DNA of 26,995 nucleotides from a virus (taxonomy: Duplodnaviria > Caudoviricetes), in IMG/VR virus record IMGVR_UViG_3300049436_000043, positions 1 to 26,995 of that record; one strand, 5' to 3'. This document shows positions 9,241 to 18,967 of this stretch, in pieces. The translations under genes were made by a program, and so were the position numbers. Position 1 is the stretch's first letter. Each line of letters begins with the position of its first letter. The notes below the pieces were generated by a model. The model worked only from the letters and a program-made list of their open reading frames with translations, searched no databases and had not been told where the DNA came from.

Positions 9241-9553
9241 GACCGTGATCGGCTGCACAGTGGCCGAGATCGCCCGGCGGATGAGCTGGCGCGAATATCA
9301 GGAATGGCAGATTTTCGACGCGATGGAGCCGATCGGCTTTCGTCGCGCCGATCTGCTCGCGGCGCATCATGCCCAGTGGGCGCTGGCGCCGCACGTGAAG
9401 GACATGCCGCCGGCCGAGGCATTCATGCCGTTCGACGAGCGGCGGTTCGATCCGCCGAAGGATGACGCGGACGAGGCCGAGTTCACGATCGGCGGGTGGC
9501 TCGCCGCGGCGCGCAAGGCGGGAATGGTGATCAGGAAGGAAGGGCAGGACTGA
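9200..9553 (+). CDS. Tail chaperone frameshift extension (G-T-like C-terminal part)
   Basis: -1 frame reads LRASPERRFRFRLATVIGCTVAEIARRMSWREYQEW...EPIGFRRADL; stop overlaps the tape measure ATG. Confidence 0.82.
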   Translation: MRASPERRFRFRLATVIGCTVAEIARRMSWREYQEWQIFDAMEPIGFRRADLLAAHHAQWALAPHVKDMPPAEAFMPFDERRFDPPKDDADEAEFTIGGWLAAARKAGMVIRKEGQD

Positions 9554-11505
9554 TGGCGGTTGTAGGCACGGCGATTGTCGACTTCATCGCGGAGACCGCG
9601 CGGTTCAATGCCGACATCAAGCGCGCCGCCGCGAACCTCAATGGTGAATCGGCGAAGATGAATCGCGCCCTCGCCGGGATCAGCGCAAACCTTGCCGCCG
9701 TGAAGCGCGCCGGCCAGGCCATCGCCGGCGCGGCGATGCTGACCGAATTCGCGTCGGCGACAAAGCGCGCGCTGGATTATGCCGGGGGGCTGGGCGAGGT
9801 GGCGCAGCAGCTCGGCGTGACGACCGACGACCTGCAGGTCTATCAATATGCGGCGACGCAGGTGGGCGTCACCCAGAGCGAGATGGAACGCGGACTCCAG
9901 CGCCTCTCCCGGACGCTGGGCGAGGCGCAGACCGGCAGCGCGAGCGCGGGCGCTGCCTTCGCCGCGCTGGGCGTCCAGATCCGCACGGCCGATGGCGGGT
10001 TCCGCTCGGTGAGCGACATTCTCCCGGAAGTGGCCGATGCCATCGCGAAGATCCCCGACCCGGCGCGCCGCGCGGCGGTCGAGGCGCAATTGTTCGGCAA
10101 GGCCGGGCAGCAGCTTGCGCCGCTGCTGGAGGGCGGTCGCAGGGCGATCGACAAGATGCGCACCGCCGCCTATCAACTCGGCGGCGTCCTGTCGTCGGAC
10201 CAGATCGCCAATGCGGACCGCGCGGCCGACAAGCTGGCCGAGGTGAAGTATGTCATGAGCGTCCGCTTCGCCAGCGTCGTCGCCGATAACACCGATGCGA
10301 TCTATGATTTCGCGAATTCGCTCGAAACCGGCGCACGGGAAGCGATCAAGTTCGTCCAGGCCGTCGAAGACGTGTTGGCCGGCGGTGACCGGATCAAGAA
10401 GGACAAGGGCTATTTCGCCTTCCTCTTCACGGACGTGGAAGAGCAGCGCCGGATCGGTGCGACCGACCGGACGATGCGCAACATCATGGGACGAACGCCG
10501 GAGGGCGTGAATTTCGGCGCCCGCCCCCCGTCTCCGTCTGGCGAAGACTCATATGACGTGATGCCTCCAGTCGGCGCGGGCGGGCGCGGGCGGCGCGGGG
10601 CGTCTTCCGCCGTCAGCGATGCGGACCGGATGCTCAAGACTCTGGCCGATGCCGAGACGCTGGCCCGCCAGACGCTGGAGATCGACCGGGTGCGCCTCGC
10701 CGGGCTGGGCTATGAGGCGGACCTGCTGCAGACCATCCGCGACACCGAGCGGGAGTTCGCCGGGCTCGATGCGGCGCGGCTCGCACCCCTGCTGGCCGTG
10801 CGCAAGGCGATCCTCGACCAGAAGCTGGCGGCCGACGAACTGGCCACCGCGTTCGCGCGGATCAACATGATCGCGCTGCCGGCGCCGGACATCGACAAGC
10901 TGGAAAGCGACCTCGATCAGGTCGTGAAAGCGAACCGGATTGCGGCGCTCGGCGCGCAGACGGCATGGGCGGATGCCGCGCACAACATCCTCTATTCGCT
11001 GGAGGATACCGCACGCGGCATCCAGGGCGGCGACTTCCTCCAGACGCTGCGCGGGGTCACCGAAATGCTCATCGCGCTCGGCTCGATCGGCGTTTTCGGC
11101 AAACAGGTCTCGACGAACATCGGCGCGAACCGGGGTTATGCCGCCGGCGGATACACCGGCAACATCGGCACCGGCGCGGTCGCCGGCCTCGTTCACGGGC
11201 AGGAATATGTCTTCGACGCGGCGGCCACCCGCCGCATCGGCGTCGACACGCTGGAGCGCATCCGTCGCGGCGCCGGTTTCGCCGATGGCGGATACACCGG
11301 CGGCGCGATCCGCCGCATCGCCGGCAGCCTTGAGCCGGCCACGAAAGTGCAGGTCGTCCCCGGCGCGATGTTCGACGTGATCGTCGAGGGCCATGCCCGC
11401 AGGGTCGCCGTGCCGATCGGCGTTCGCGCCGCGCAGGCCGGCGCCGATGCGGCCGGCGAGCGCAGCGTCCGCCGCTCGCGCAACCGCATCCCGAGCCGCG
11501 CATGA
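9553..11505 (+). CDS. Tail tape measure protein (650 aa)
   Basis: Ala-rich helical; VDFIAETARF N-terminus, LFGKAG, C-terminal GYAAGGYTG...GLVHGQEYV. Confidence 0.92.
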   Translation: MAVVGTAIVDFIAETARFNADIKRAAANLNGESAKMNRALAGISANLAAVKRAGQAIAGAAMLTEFASATKRALDYAGGLGEVAQQLGVTTDDLQVYQYAATQVGVTQSEMERGLQRLSRTLGEAQTGSASAGAAFAALGVQIRTADGGFRSVSDILPEVADAIAKIPDPARRAAVEAQLFGKAGQQLAPLLEGGRRAIDKMRTAAYQLGGVLSSDQIANADRAADKLAEVKYVMSVRFASVVADNTDAIYDFANSLETGAREAIKFVQAVEDVLAGGDRIKKDKGYFAFLFTDVEEQRRIGATDRTMRNIMGRTPEGVNFGARPPSPSGEDSYDVMPPVGAGGRGRRGASSAVSDADRMLKTLADAETLARQTLEIDRVRLAGLGYEADLLQTIRDTEREFAGLDAARLAPLLAVRKAILDQKLAADELATAFARINMIALPAPDIDKLESDLDQVVKANRIAALGAQTAWADAAHNILYSLEDTARGIQGGDFLQTLRGVTEMLIALGSIGVFGKQVSTNIGANRGYAAGGYTGNIGTGAVAGLVHGQEYVFDAAATRRIGVDTLERIRRGAGFADGGYTGGAIRRIAGSLEPATKVQVVPGAMFDVIVEGHARRVAVPIGVRAAQAGADAAGERSVRRSRNRIPSRA

Positions 11506-12101
11506 GCGCGATCACCCTTCCAGACGGGGTCCGCCCCAATCTGATCGAGCCCTTCCTGCTCGACTTCGGGACGGTGCTGACGCCGTTTGGCGGCGGGCCG
11601 GCGCAACGGATAAACCGGCTCGGCATGCGGATGGGCGCGCGCATTACCATCGCGCCGCGCCGTTACGCCGCGACCGGCATGGCGCTGGTCTCGCGGCTGA
11701 TGCAGGCCCGCGCCGGGCGGCTGCTGGTGAGATGGCCGCAACCCGGCTTCACGCCCGGCAGCGAGGGCACGCCGCGCGTCAAGGTCGCCGTCTCGGGCGG
11801 GACGACGCTCCAGATCAAGGGGCTCCCCGCCGGCAAGGCGCTGGTCGAGGGGCAGGCGCTCTCGGTCGTCAAGGACCAGCGCTACATGCACTTCATGGCC
11901 GCGCCCGGAACGACGAACGGATCGGGCGATCTGGTCGCCAGCGTCTGGCCGCCGATGCGGCGCGCCTTCGCGGTCGATGACGTGATCGAGATCGCGGCGC
12001 CGATGATCGAGGGGCATGTCCAGCCCGGCGAGGAGCTGGCCTGGCGCATCGCCGTCGACAAGATGATCGATGTCAGCTTCACGGTGCATGAAACGCGATG
12101 A
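11502..12101 (+). CDS. Putative distal tail protein
   Basis: 199 aa immediately after the tape measure gene, ATGA-coupled; call is positional. Confidence 0.6.
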   Translation: MSAITLPDGVRPNLIEPFLLDFGTVLTPFGGGPAQRINRLGMRMGARITIAPRRYAATGMALVSRLMQARAGRLLVRWPQPGFTPGSEGTPRVKVAVSGGTTLQIKGLPAGKALVEGQALSVVKDQRYMHFMAAPGTTNGSGDLVASVWPPMRRAFAVDDVIEIAAPMIEGHVQPGEELAWRIAVDKMIDVSFTVHETR

Positions 12102-12739
12102 GCGCCGATCCCGCACTCATCGCCGCGCTCGGGCAGGACGGGGTCTGGCTGTTCGGCGCGATCCGGATCGCGCTGCCCGGCAAGACGCTGCGGCTGATCG
12201 ATGGCGCCGGGACGCTGCAGATCGACGGCGAGACCTATGCCGGCAGCGACGACGAGTTCGGCACCATCGCCGCGCTGGAGGACATTGCCGACGACATGGG
12301 CGACGAGGCGCCGGAGCTGCGCTTCAGCCTCTTCCCGGTCGACGATGTGGCGCTGGCGACGCTCTGTTCGCCGGCGATGCAGGGCAGCGAGGTGCGGGTG
12401 ATCGCCGGCGCCGTCGACCCGGCGACGATGACCCTGATCGGCGTGCCGGAGACCGTGTTCCTCGGCGAGGTCGACGTGGTGACGCTGCGCAGCGGCGAAG
12501 GCGACCGGCGGGTGGACTTCGCGGTCACATCGGCCTTCGACCGGCTGTTCGAGATCGACGAGGGGCAGCGCGCCAGCGCCGGCTTCCACAAGGCGGCATG
12601 GCCGGGCGAACTCGGCCTCGATTTCATGACCGGCACGACGGAAAAGCTCTACTGGGGATCGAAGCCGCCGGCCGGATCGGCAGCGACGAGCGGATCGGCC
12701 TCGCGCTTCGACGAGTGGCAGGACTTCTACCGTGGCTGA
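12098..12739 (+). CDS. Putative tail hub/baseplate protein (lambda L/DUF2163-like position)
   Basis: 213 aa, GETYAG...FGTI and WPGELGLDFMTG...LYWG pattern; ATGA-coupled. Confidence 0.6.
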   Translation: MSADPALIAALGQDGVWLFGAIRIALPGKTLRLIDGAGTLQIDGETYAGSDDEFGTIAALEDIADDMGDEAPELRFSLFPVDDVALATLCSPAMQGSEVRVIAGAVDPATMTLIGVPETVFLGEVDVVTLRSGEGDRRVDFAVTSAFDRLFEIDEGQRASAGFHKAAWPGELGLDFMTGTTEKLYWGSKPPAGSAATSGSASRFDEWQDFYRG

Positions 12740-13169
12740 GCCGCCGCATCCGCTGGTCCGCCGGCAGCGCGCCGTGATGAAGGCGCAGACGCGGTTTGCC
12801 GGCAAGAGCTTCCTGCTCGGCCGGCGCGACTGTGTCCGCCTCGCCGCCGCCGTGCTGGCCGCGCTCGGCCATCCGGTGCCGAAGATCCCGCCCTATCGCA
12901 CGCAGGCGCAGGCGCGCGCCGCCCTCGCCGCGCATGGCGCCGCGACCGTGGCGGACCTGCTCGACGGCATCGGACTGCCGCGCATCGCGCCCGCCCGCGC
13001 GCTGACCGGCGACCTGCTGTTCCATCCCGGCGCGGAGCCGGACGCGATCGGGTCGCTGTGCGTCGCGCTCGGCAATGGCGCGATGCTGGGTTTTTCGGAC
13101 TGGCAGCCGGGGCTGGTGAGCCTGCGCCCGGCGGCGCCGATCGAGGCGGCATGGGCGGTGCTGCCATGA
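12732..13169 (+). CDS. NlpC/P60-like tail assembly protein (DUF6950-like)
   Basis: FLLGRRDCVRLAA with catalytic-type Cys and ARALTGDL; lies before the tail tip gene. Confidence 0.7.
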   Translation: MAEPPHPLVRRQRAVMKAQTRFAGKSFLLGRRDCVRLAAAVLAALGHPVPKIPPYRTQAQARAALAAHGAATVADLLDGIGLPRIAPARALTGDLLFHPGAEPDAIGSLCVALGNGAMLGFSDWQPGLVSLRPAAPIEAAWAVLP

Positions 13170-16100
13170 AGGTGCTCAAGACCGCCGCGATCGTGATCGG
13201 CGCGGTCGCGCTGGTCGCCACCGGCATCGGCGCCATCGCCGTCCCCGGTTTCCTCGGCATGAGCGCGGCGACGCTGGCCACGGTCCAGACGATCGGCACG
13301 GTGGCGACGCTGGCCAGTTCCGCGATCTCGCTCGGCGCCGCCCTGTTCGCGCCGCGACCCGGCTTCGGCGGCGGCGGCTCCCCGCTCGATTTCCAGACCA
13401 ACCCGCAGTCCGGCCTGCCTTACGCCATCGGCCGGACCCGCATGTCCGGGCTCAAGATCGCCGGCGCGACGGCCAGTTCGCCGGGCTGGACCGCCTCGCA
13501 CGACCTGCTGTTCTTCGCCGTGCTGCTCAGCTGCGCCGGGCCGATCCATGCGATCGAGAGCTTCGCCGCCGACAATGTGACGATCAGCTTCGACGGCGGC
13601 ACCGGCGCCGCGACGACCGGCGGCCATGCCGGATGGATGGCGCAGAAGGTCTCGCCCGGCGCGACGCCGCAGCCCGCCGCGCTCTCGCTCAGCCTCAACG
13701 GCGGCGCCTTTCCGGGCTGGACGGCCTCGCACAAGCTGTCCGGCCTGGCGCATGCGCTCTGGGCGCTGCGCCACGATTCGGACGGCGGGCATTACAGCGG
13801 CGGCGTGCCCGAGCCGGCATGGGTCGCCCGGTGGGTGAAGGTCTACGATCCGCGCATGGACAGCAGCTATCCCGGCGGAGCGGGCAGCCAGCGCGCGAAC
13901 GACGAGGCGACATGGACCTGGTCGCGCAATCCGGCGCTGCATGCGCTCGCCTGGGCGATCGGCCGGCATACGAACGGCAAGCTGGTGTGCGGGATCGGCG
14001 CGCCGATCGCCAACATCCGCGTCGCCGATTTCGTCGAGGCGGCGAATGTCGCGGATGCGAATGGCTGGGGCTGCGGCGGCGTCGAGTGGACGACCGAGCC
14101 GAAATGGGATGTGTTCAAGCGCATGCTGCAGGCCGGCGGCGCGGTGCCGGTCAAGACCGGCGCGATGATCGGCTGCCGGGTGCGCACCCCGCGCGTCTCG
14201 CTCGGCACGATCGAGAGCGGCGATTTCCTCGGCGAGCTGGTCTGGCCGTCGAGCAAGCCCCGCCGCGAGCGGTTCAACAGCGCGCTCCCCCGCTACGTGT
14301 CCGAATCGCATGGATGGGAGGTCATCACCGGCAGCGAGGTCAGCGTGCCGGGGTGGGTCACCGAAGACGGCGGCAAGCGGACGAAGGGCATCGACCTGCC
14401 GCTGGTGCAGGCGGAGGTCGGCCAGGCGGGTTATGACGGCGCCGACCAGGCCGGGCAGCTCGCCACATATGAGATCGCCGACAGCCGCGAGACCGGGCCG
14501 ATCGAGTTCGCGACGGGGCCGAAATGGATCGGCCTGCGCTGCGGCGACTGCGTCGTGCTCAACCGGCCCGAGGACGATATCGTCAGCCAGAAGGTGGTGA
14601 TCACCGGGCGGACGATCGATCCGGCGAACGGATTGCTGCGCTTCACGGCCGAGACGGAGACGGACAGCAAGCATGCCTTCGCGCTGGGCGAGACGAGCAG
14701 CCCCCCGCCCGCGCCGACGCTGAGCGTGCCGGCCGGGCGTCCTGCGGTCCCCGGCGGATCGGCCTGGAGCGTGAGCGCCGTCGCGCTGGCGGACGGACAG
14801 CCGGGCCTGCGCATCGCCGGCGCGATCGACGATCTCATCGCCGACCGGGCGCTGGTCAATTATCGCCAGAACGGGACGAGCGACTGGATCGTCGCACCCG
14901 ACATCGCCGGCACCGGCGACCGCACGCTCGACCTCGGCCCGCTCGACGGCGAGGCGGGATGGGATGTCCGCATCGCCTATGGCGCGGGCGTGCAGACCGG
15001 CGACTGGCTGGAATTCACCGATGTGCCGACCGGCGCCAGCGCGATCATCGCCGCCATCGCCGGGAAGGTGCGCCAGGGCACCGCCCTGCCGCTGGCGGCG
15101 GACTGCGCCGAGGGCGACCTGTTCATCCTGACCAACTGGGGCAACCGGGCGTTCGTGCGGGTGGCGGGGGACGGGCTGCTGCGCAACAATGGCGACCTCG
15201 TGCTCAACAATGGCGAGAGCATCGGCGTCTCGGTCTGGCAGGAGGTGACGGACGCGCGGGTGGCGCAGGCGATCGCCGATGCCGCCGCCGCGCAGGCGAG
15301 CGCGGACGCGGCGCAGGCCAGGGTCGACGCGGTGACGAGCGACGATGTCATCACCGCCGGGGCCGAGAAGCGGCAGATCGTGTCCGACGTGACATGGATG
15401 CTCAACGAACATGCGGCGCTGGACGCGAAGGCGCTGGCGATCGGCGCGGCATCGGGCGAGCGCAGCGCGGCGGCGGCGGCCATCGCCGCGCTCAATGCCT
15501 ATCTGGCCGGCCTGAGCCCGGCATGGGACGACGCGGCGCACGACACCGGGCTGGACGGCGCGACGCTGGCCGGGCTGTTCGCGGACGCGACCGACAAGGT
15601 GACGCTGCTGCAGGCGGCGATCCAGGGCATGGCTGGCATCGTCACGGAGACGACCGGGCCGGCGGCGTTCGCGGTGGCGTGCACCGCCGATTATGTACCA
15701 AAGAGCGGCGCGCTGACCGGCGCGAGCGGAACGATGCGCCTGCGCAATGCGATGACCGGCCCGATCACCGCTGGCGTGAGCGACTTCATCGTGGCGGCGA
15801 CGGAGAATTGCGGCGCGTCGATCGACGGCGTGACCGGCGAATATGACTTCACGGCGATCACCGCGAATCAGGCGATAGCGGTATTCCGATGCACCTATGA
15901 GGGTGTGGACTATCAGCTCGTCGTCTCGCTCAACAAGGTGCGGGATGGTCAGTCCGCCGCGCAGCAGAATGACAGCGCGACGATCAGCGCACTTTCGGCC
16001 ACGACCTATCCGGTCGCCGACAGCGAACATGTGGATATCGACATTGCCGTGCCGGACGGCGCGACGCTGACCGTCCATGGCCAGTTCGACTATGCCCCGG

Positions 16101-16405
16101 ACGCGGTCGGCAGCTTCACCGGCAAGATCAAGGTAAGCTATCAGAACATCAGCGACAGCGGGCCGGAGACGGACCTGGCATCGGCCACTGGCTCCGGGTC
16201 CACCCGCAGCTTCATCTTCACCGACGAATGGGGCAACGGCTATTTTGTAGCGTCCCCCGGCCAGGTCGTCATCGACGACAGCAGCATCGTCAATTCGTCC
16301 GGCTCGGCCAAGAACTACCGCCTGCGGATTTACGCGGCGAAAGACAGCGGATCGCAGGCAGGCGGCGGCACGGTCTCGATCGCGGGGAGCACGGCATGGC
16401 CCTGA
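13166..16405 (+). CDS. Tail tip/host-specificity protein (lambda J-like, 1079 aa)
   Basis: N-terminal hydrophobic segment, PYAIGRT, KVYDPRMDS, WTWSRNPAL, FNIII-like middle, helical linker and divergent beta-rich C-terminus. Confidence 0.85.
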   Translation: MKVLKTAAIVIGAVALVATGIGAIAVPGFLGMSAATLATVQTIGTVATLASSAISLGAALFAPRPGFGGGGSPLDFQTNPQSGLPYAIGRTRMSGLKIAGATASSPGWTASHDLLFFAVLLSCAGPIHAIESFAADNVTISFDGGTGAATTGGHAGWMAQKVSPGATPQPAALSLSLNGGAFPGWTASHKLSGLAHALWALRHDSDGGHYSGGVPEPAWVARWVKVYDPRMDSSYPGGAGSQRANDEATWTWSRNPALHALAWAIGRHTNGKLVCGIGAPIANIRVADFVEAANVADANGWGCGGVEWTTEPKWDVFKRMLQAGGAVPVKTGAMIGCRVRTPRVSLGTIESGDFLGELVWPSSKPRRERFNSALPRYVSESHGWEVITGSEVSVPGWVTEDGGKRTKGIDLPLVQAEVGQAGYDGADQAGQLATYEIADSRETGPIEFATGPKWIGLRCGDCVVLNRPEDDIVSQKVVITGRTIDPANGLLRFTAETETDSKHAFALGETSSPPPAPTLSVPAGRPAVPGGSAWSVSAVALADGQPGLRIAGAIDDLIADRALVNYRQNGTSDWIVAPDIAGTGDRTLDLGPLDGEAGWDVRIAYGAGVQTGDWLEFTDVPTGASAIIAAIAGKVRQGTALPLAADCAEGDLFILTNWGNRAFVRVAGDGLLRNNGDLVLNNGESIGVSVWQEVTDARVAQAIADAAAAQASADAAQARVDAVTSDDVITAGAEKRQIVSDVTWMLNEHAALDAKALAIGAASGERSAAAAAIAALNAYLAGLSPAWDDAAHDTGLDGATLAGLFADATDKVTLLQAAIQGMAGIVTETTGPAAFAVACTADYVPKSGALTGASGTMRLRNAMTGPITAGVSDFIVAATENCGASIDGVTGEYDFTAITANQAIAVFRCTYEGVDYQLVVSLNKVRDGQSAAQQNDSATISALSATTYPVADSEHVDIDIAVPDGATLTVHGQFDYAPDAVGSFTGKIKVSYQNISDSGPETDLASATGSGSTRSFIFTDEWGNGYFVASPGQVVIDDSSIVNSSGSAKNYRLRIYAAKDSGSQAGGGTVSIAGSTAWP

Positions 16406-16917
16406 CCGGCCTGATGAAGGACGGCGTCCTGCGCTTCGTTCTCAACCCCGATGACGAAACGCTGGAGGGGTGGACGCAAGTCGCGATGCCCGAAGGCGTC
16501 GCGCCCGGCGATGCGACATGGAACGGAACCGCCATCGTCGAAGACCTCGCGCCGCTGACCCGCGATCTGCTGGCCCGGATCGACGCGGAATGCGGCGCAT
16601 TCCGCGCCCGCTTCATCACCACGATACCGGGGCAGGAGAGCACCTATCTGGAGAAGGAGCGCGAGGCGCGGGCATGGGCCGCCGCCTCCGGGCCGGCTGC
16701 GGAGGATTATCCGATGATCGCCGCCGAGGCCGCCGCGCGGGGGATCAGCATCAATGCGCAGGCCGCGCTGGTCATCGCCGCCGCCAATGCATGGCGCCCG
16801 CTCGCCGCCGCGATCGAGGCCCTGCGCATGGGGGCAAAGGGCGCGGTGCGGGCGGCGGGGACCCGCGCCGCGAAGCTGGCGGCGGCGGCGGTCGACTGGG
16901 AAGCGATGGTGCCATGA
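16396..16917 (+). CDS. Tail fibre assembly/chaperone-like protein
   Basis: IDAECGAFRARFIT...GQESTYLEKEREARAW...YPMIAAEA pattern seen in genes that follow fibres. Confidence 0.65.
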   Translation: MALTGLMKDGVLRFVLNPDDETLEGWTQVAMPEGVAPGDATWNGTAIVEDLAPLTRDLLARIDAECGAFRARFITTIPGQESTYLEKEREARAWAAASGPAAEDYPMIAAEAAARGISINAQAALVIAAANAWRPLAAAIEALRMGAKGAVRAAGTRAAKLAAAAVDWEAMVP

Positions 16918-16969
16918 TCGCGCCGCGCCACCGCATTTTCAACCGCCTCCGGGCGATGGAGGGCATGAC

Positions 16970-18673
16970 ATGACATACGAGACTTCGACCGCGACCCCGA
17001 CCCCCCCGGCCAGCGGCCAATATGTGTTCGGCATGGCCGCCGAGCCGGGCAATGCGCCGCTGATCTTCGAGATGGACCAACTGCTGCTGCGCGGCGCAAC
17101 CGCGACACCGGCCGATCTCTCGTCGACCGACAACGGCAAGGGCGTCGATCTGGTGTCGAATGCCATGAAGGCATTCAAGCCCACCGATTATCTCGCGGCC
17201 GGCAACGGGACGACCGACGACACGGCGCCGCTCAATGCCTGCATCGCCGCCGCCGCGAATGCCGGCCCGCATGCGCTCGTGCAGCTCGACGGCGTGTTCC
17301 TGACGACCGGGCTGGTCAATCCGCATGGTGTCCGGATGGTGGGGCCGGGCCGGGTGGTCAAGACCGTTGCCGGCGGTCATCAGCAGCTCAACAGCTATGC
17401 CGACGCGCCGGGGCGCCATCTCTATGGCAAGGAATATCTGTCCCGCATCCATGGCAAGGCGGCGCAGGGGCAATCGGGCACGGTCGGGCGGCTGCGCATC
17501 GGCGTCGACGGCGACAGCACGTCGGCGGACCCAGGATACACGACCCGGTCCACCTCGCAGATCATCGTCGACCTGCTGGCCGTGCGCGGGGTGGGCAACC
17601 TCACGATCACCAACAGCAGCGACGGCGGCAACAAGCTGGCGGACCTCGACCTGGTGACGCTGATCGACGGCGGCATCGACGTGCTGTTCATCCACTGCGG
17701 CGTCAACAATGGCAGCAACCCTTCCGGCACCCGCCTCGCGACCTATCTGACCGACCTTGACGCCGCCCTGGCAGCAGCGCGGGCGCACGCCGATGGCGGA
17801 CTCGATGATCTGGCGATCATCTTCGTCGGGCCGAACACGGCCAGCGACAGCGGCACCGGGCGCGACGAGATCTGGCTTGAACAGCTGTTCGGCCCGACCC
17901 TGGCGGCATGCCGGAAGCACAAGGTCGCCTTCTTCGACACCTACGCATTCATGCGCGATGCACGCGGCGCCGCCGGCATCTACATGGACGATGTCGGCGC
18001 GGGCGCATCGATTCACCCCGGCAACGCCATGGCGCATGGCATTTGGGCCGGCGTGCTCGACGCCGTCATGCCATGGTCGGAGGCCAGCCTGTTCGGCAGC
18101 AGCAACATCCTGAACCGGACCAGCTTTGTCTATGCGCCCCTCGCCAGCGCGCAGCCATCGGCCTTTTGGGACGGCGTCGACTTCTTCCGCGCGACGACCG
18201 GAAACGGATGGCCGCTCGACGGGTTCTGCATCAGCGCCCGGAACGTGGACGGCGGAACGCTCCAGATGCTCTTTCCCTACTCTCCGAACAACAGCCGGGT
18301 GCTGACCCGCACGGCGAATGTCGGCAGCGACGCCTTTAATCCCTGGACAGGCGTGCCGGAGAACGTGACGCTGGACGCGCCCGGCGGGTGGATTTCCTAT
18401 GGCGGCAGCTTCCCCCCGCTCCGGGTTGTCCGGGCGGCGGACGGCCTGCCGGTCATCATCGGTTCGATCAAGGGAGGCACCACCGCCATCAACACGAAGA
18501 TCGGGACGATGCCGCAGGGGACGGCGCCACCGCTTGCGCAGATCGTCATCGCCGCAGGCGACGCCGGCGGCTTTCACCAGGTCAAGATCGAGGCCGATGG
18601 TGACATATTGCTGCAGACCGCCGGCGACACGCTCGGCATGCATTTCAGCGGCCAGGCGATCTATGCCGCGTGA
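16970..18673 (+). CDS. Tail spike/fibre with SGNH/GDSL esterase domain
   Basis: GGAGG RBS before ATG 16970; AAGNGTTDDT tailspike motif; SGNH blocks GDSTS, DGG, GVNN and DDVGAGASIHP; C-terminal fibre-head-like domain (IIGSIKGG...IGTMPQGTAP). Confidence 0.8.
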   Translation: MTYETSTATPTPPASGQYVFGMAAEPGNAPLIFEMDQLLLRGATATPADLSSTDNGKGVDLVSNAMKAFKPTDYLAAGNGTTDDTAPLNACIAAAANAGPHALVQLDGVFLTTGLVNPHGVRMVGPGRVVKTVAGGHQQLNSYADAPGRHLYGKEYLSRIHGKAAQGQSGTVGRLRIGVDGDSTSADPGYTTRSTSQIIVDLLAVRGVGNLTITNSSDGGNKLADLDLVTLIDGGIDVLFIHCGVNNGSNPSGTRLATYLTDLDAALAAARAHADGGLDDLAIIFVGPNTASDSGTGRDEIWLEQLFGPTLAACRKHKVAFFDTYAFMRDARGAAGIYMDDVGAGASIHPGNAMAHGIWAGVLDAVMPWSEASLFGSSNILNRTSFVYAPLASAQPSAFWDGVDFFRATTGNGWPLDGFCISARNVDGGTLQMLFPYSPNNSRVLTRTANVGSDAFNPWTGVPENVTLDAPGGWISYGGSFPPLRVVRAADGLPVIIGSIKGGTTAINTKIGTMPQGTAPPLAQIVIAAGDAGGFHQVKIEADGDILLQTAGDTLGMHFSGQAIYAA

Positions 18674-18696
18674 CCGCATCAACAGGAGACATGACG

Positions 18697-18882
18697 ATGA
18701 GACTGATCAGATGGCGCGTTGACCTTGGCGATGGCGGCCTGATTGCCGCCGGTGTCGACGAAACGACCGGCGAGCCCACCACGATCCGCTGCCAGTACAT
18801 CCAGCCCGCCGTGATCGGCGCGCTCCACATCTATGCCGTCGACCATTCCGGGCGCAGCCACGAGCTGGCGCTGCCGGACTGA
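18697..18882 (+). CDS. Small hypothetical protein
   Basis: AGGAG (18684-18688) precedes ATG 18697; alternative starts at 18670 and 18691; no motif recognised. Confidence 0.55.
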   Translation: MRLIRWRVDLGDGGLIAAGVDETTGEPTTIRCQYIQPAVIGALHIYAVDHSGRSHELALPD

Positions 18883-18932
18883 GCCGTCCCGGCCCTGACC
18901 TGACCGCAGCAGCAGCAGGCATCGAACGACAC

Positions 18933-18956
18933 AGGCCCGCACCGGGCCTCTTTATT
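18933..18956 (+). terminator. Putative intrinsic terminator/attenuator
   Basis: AGGCCCG-CAC-CGGGCCT stem followed by CTTTATT, directly before the next GGAG RBS. Confidence 0.5.
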
Positions 18957-18967
18957 GGAGACAGCAG

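Noticed and set aside
11146-11301. 15-bp direct repeat GGCGGATACACCGGC
   Set aside because: Encodes the GGYTG motif commonly duplicated in tape measure C-termini.
12893-16078. 1061-aa minus-strand ORF (likewise 7565-9394 and 16772-18682)
   Set aside because: Antisense to well-supported structural genes; Arg/His-rich composition with no recognisable domain.
18906-18917. (GCA)4 microsatellite in intergenic DNA
   Set aside because: Too short to support phase variation and not in a coding frame.
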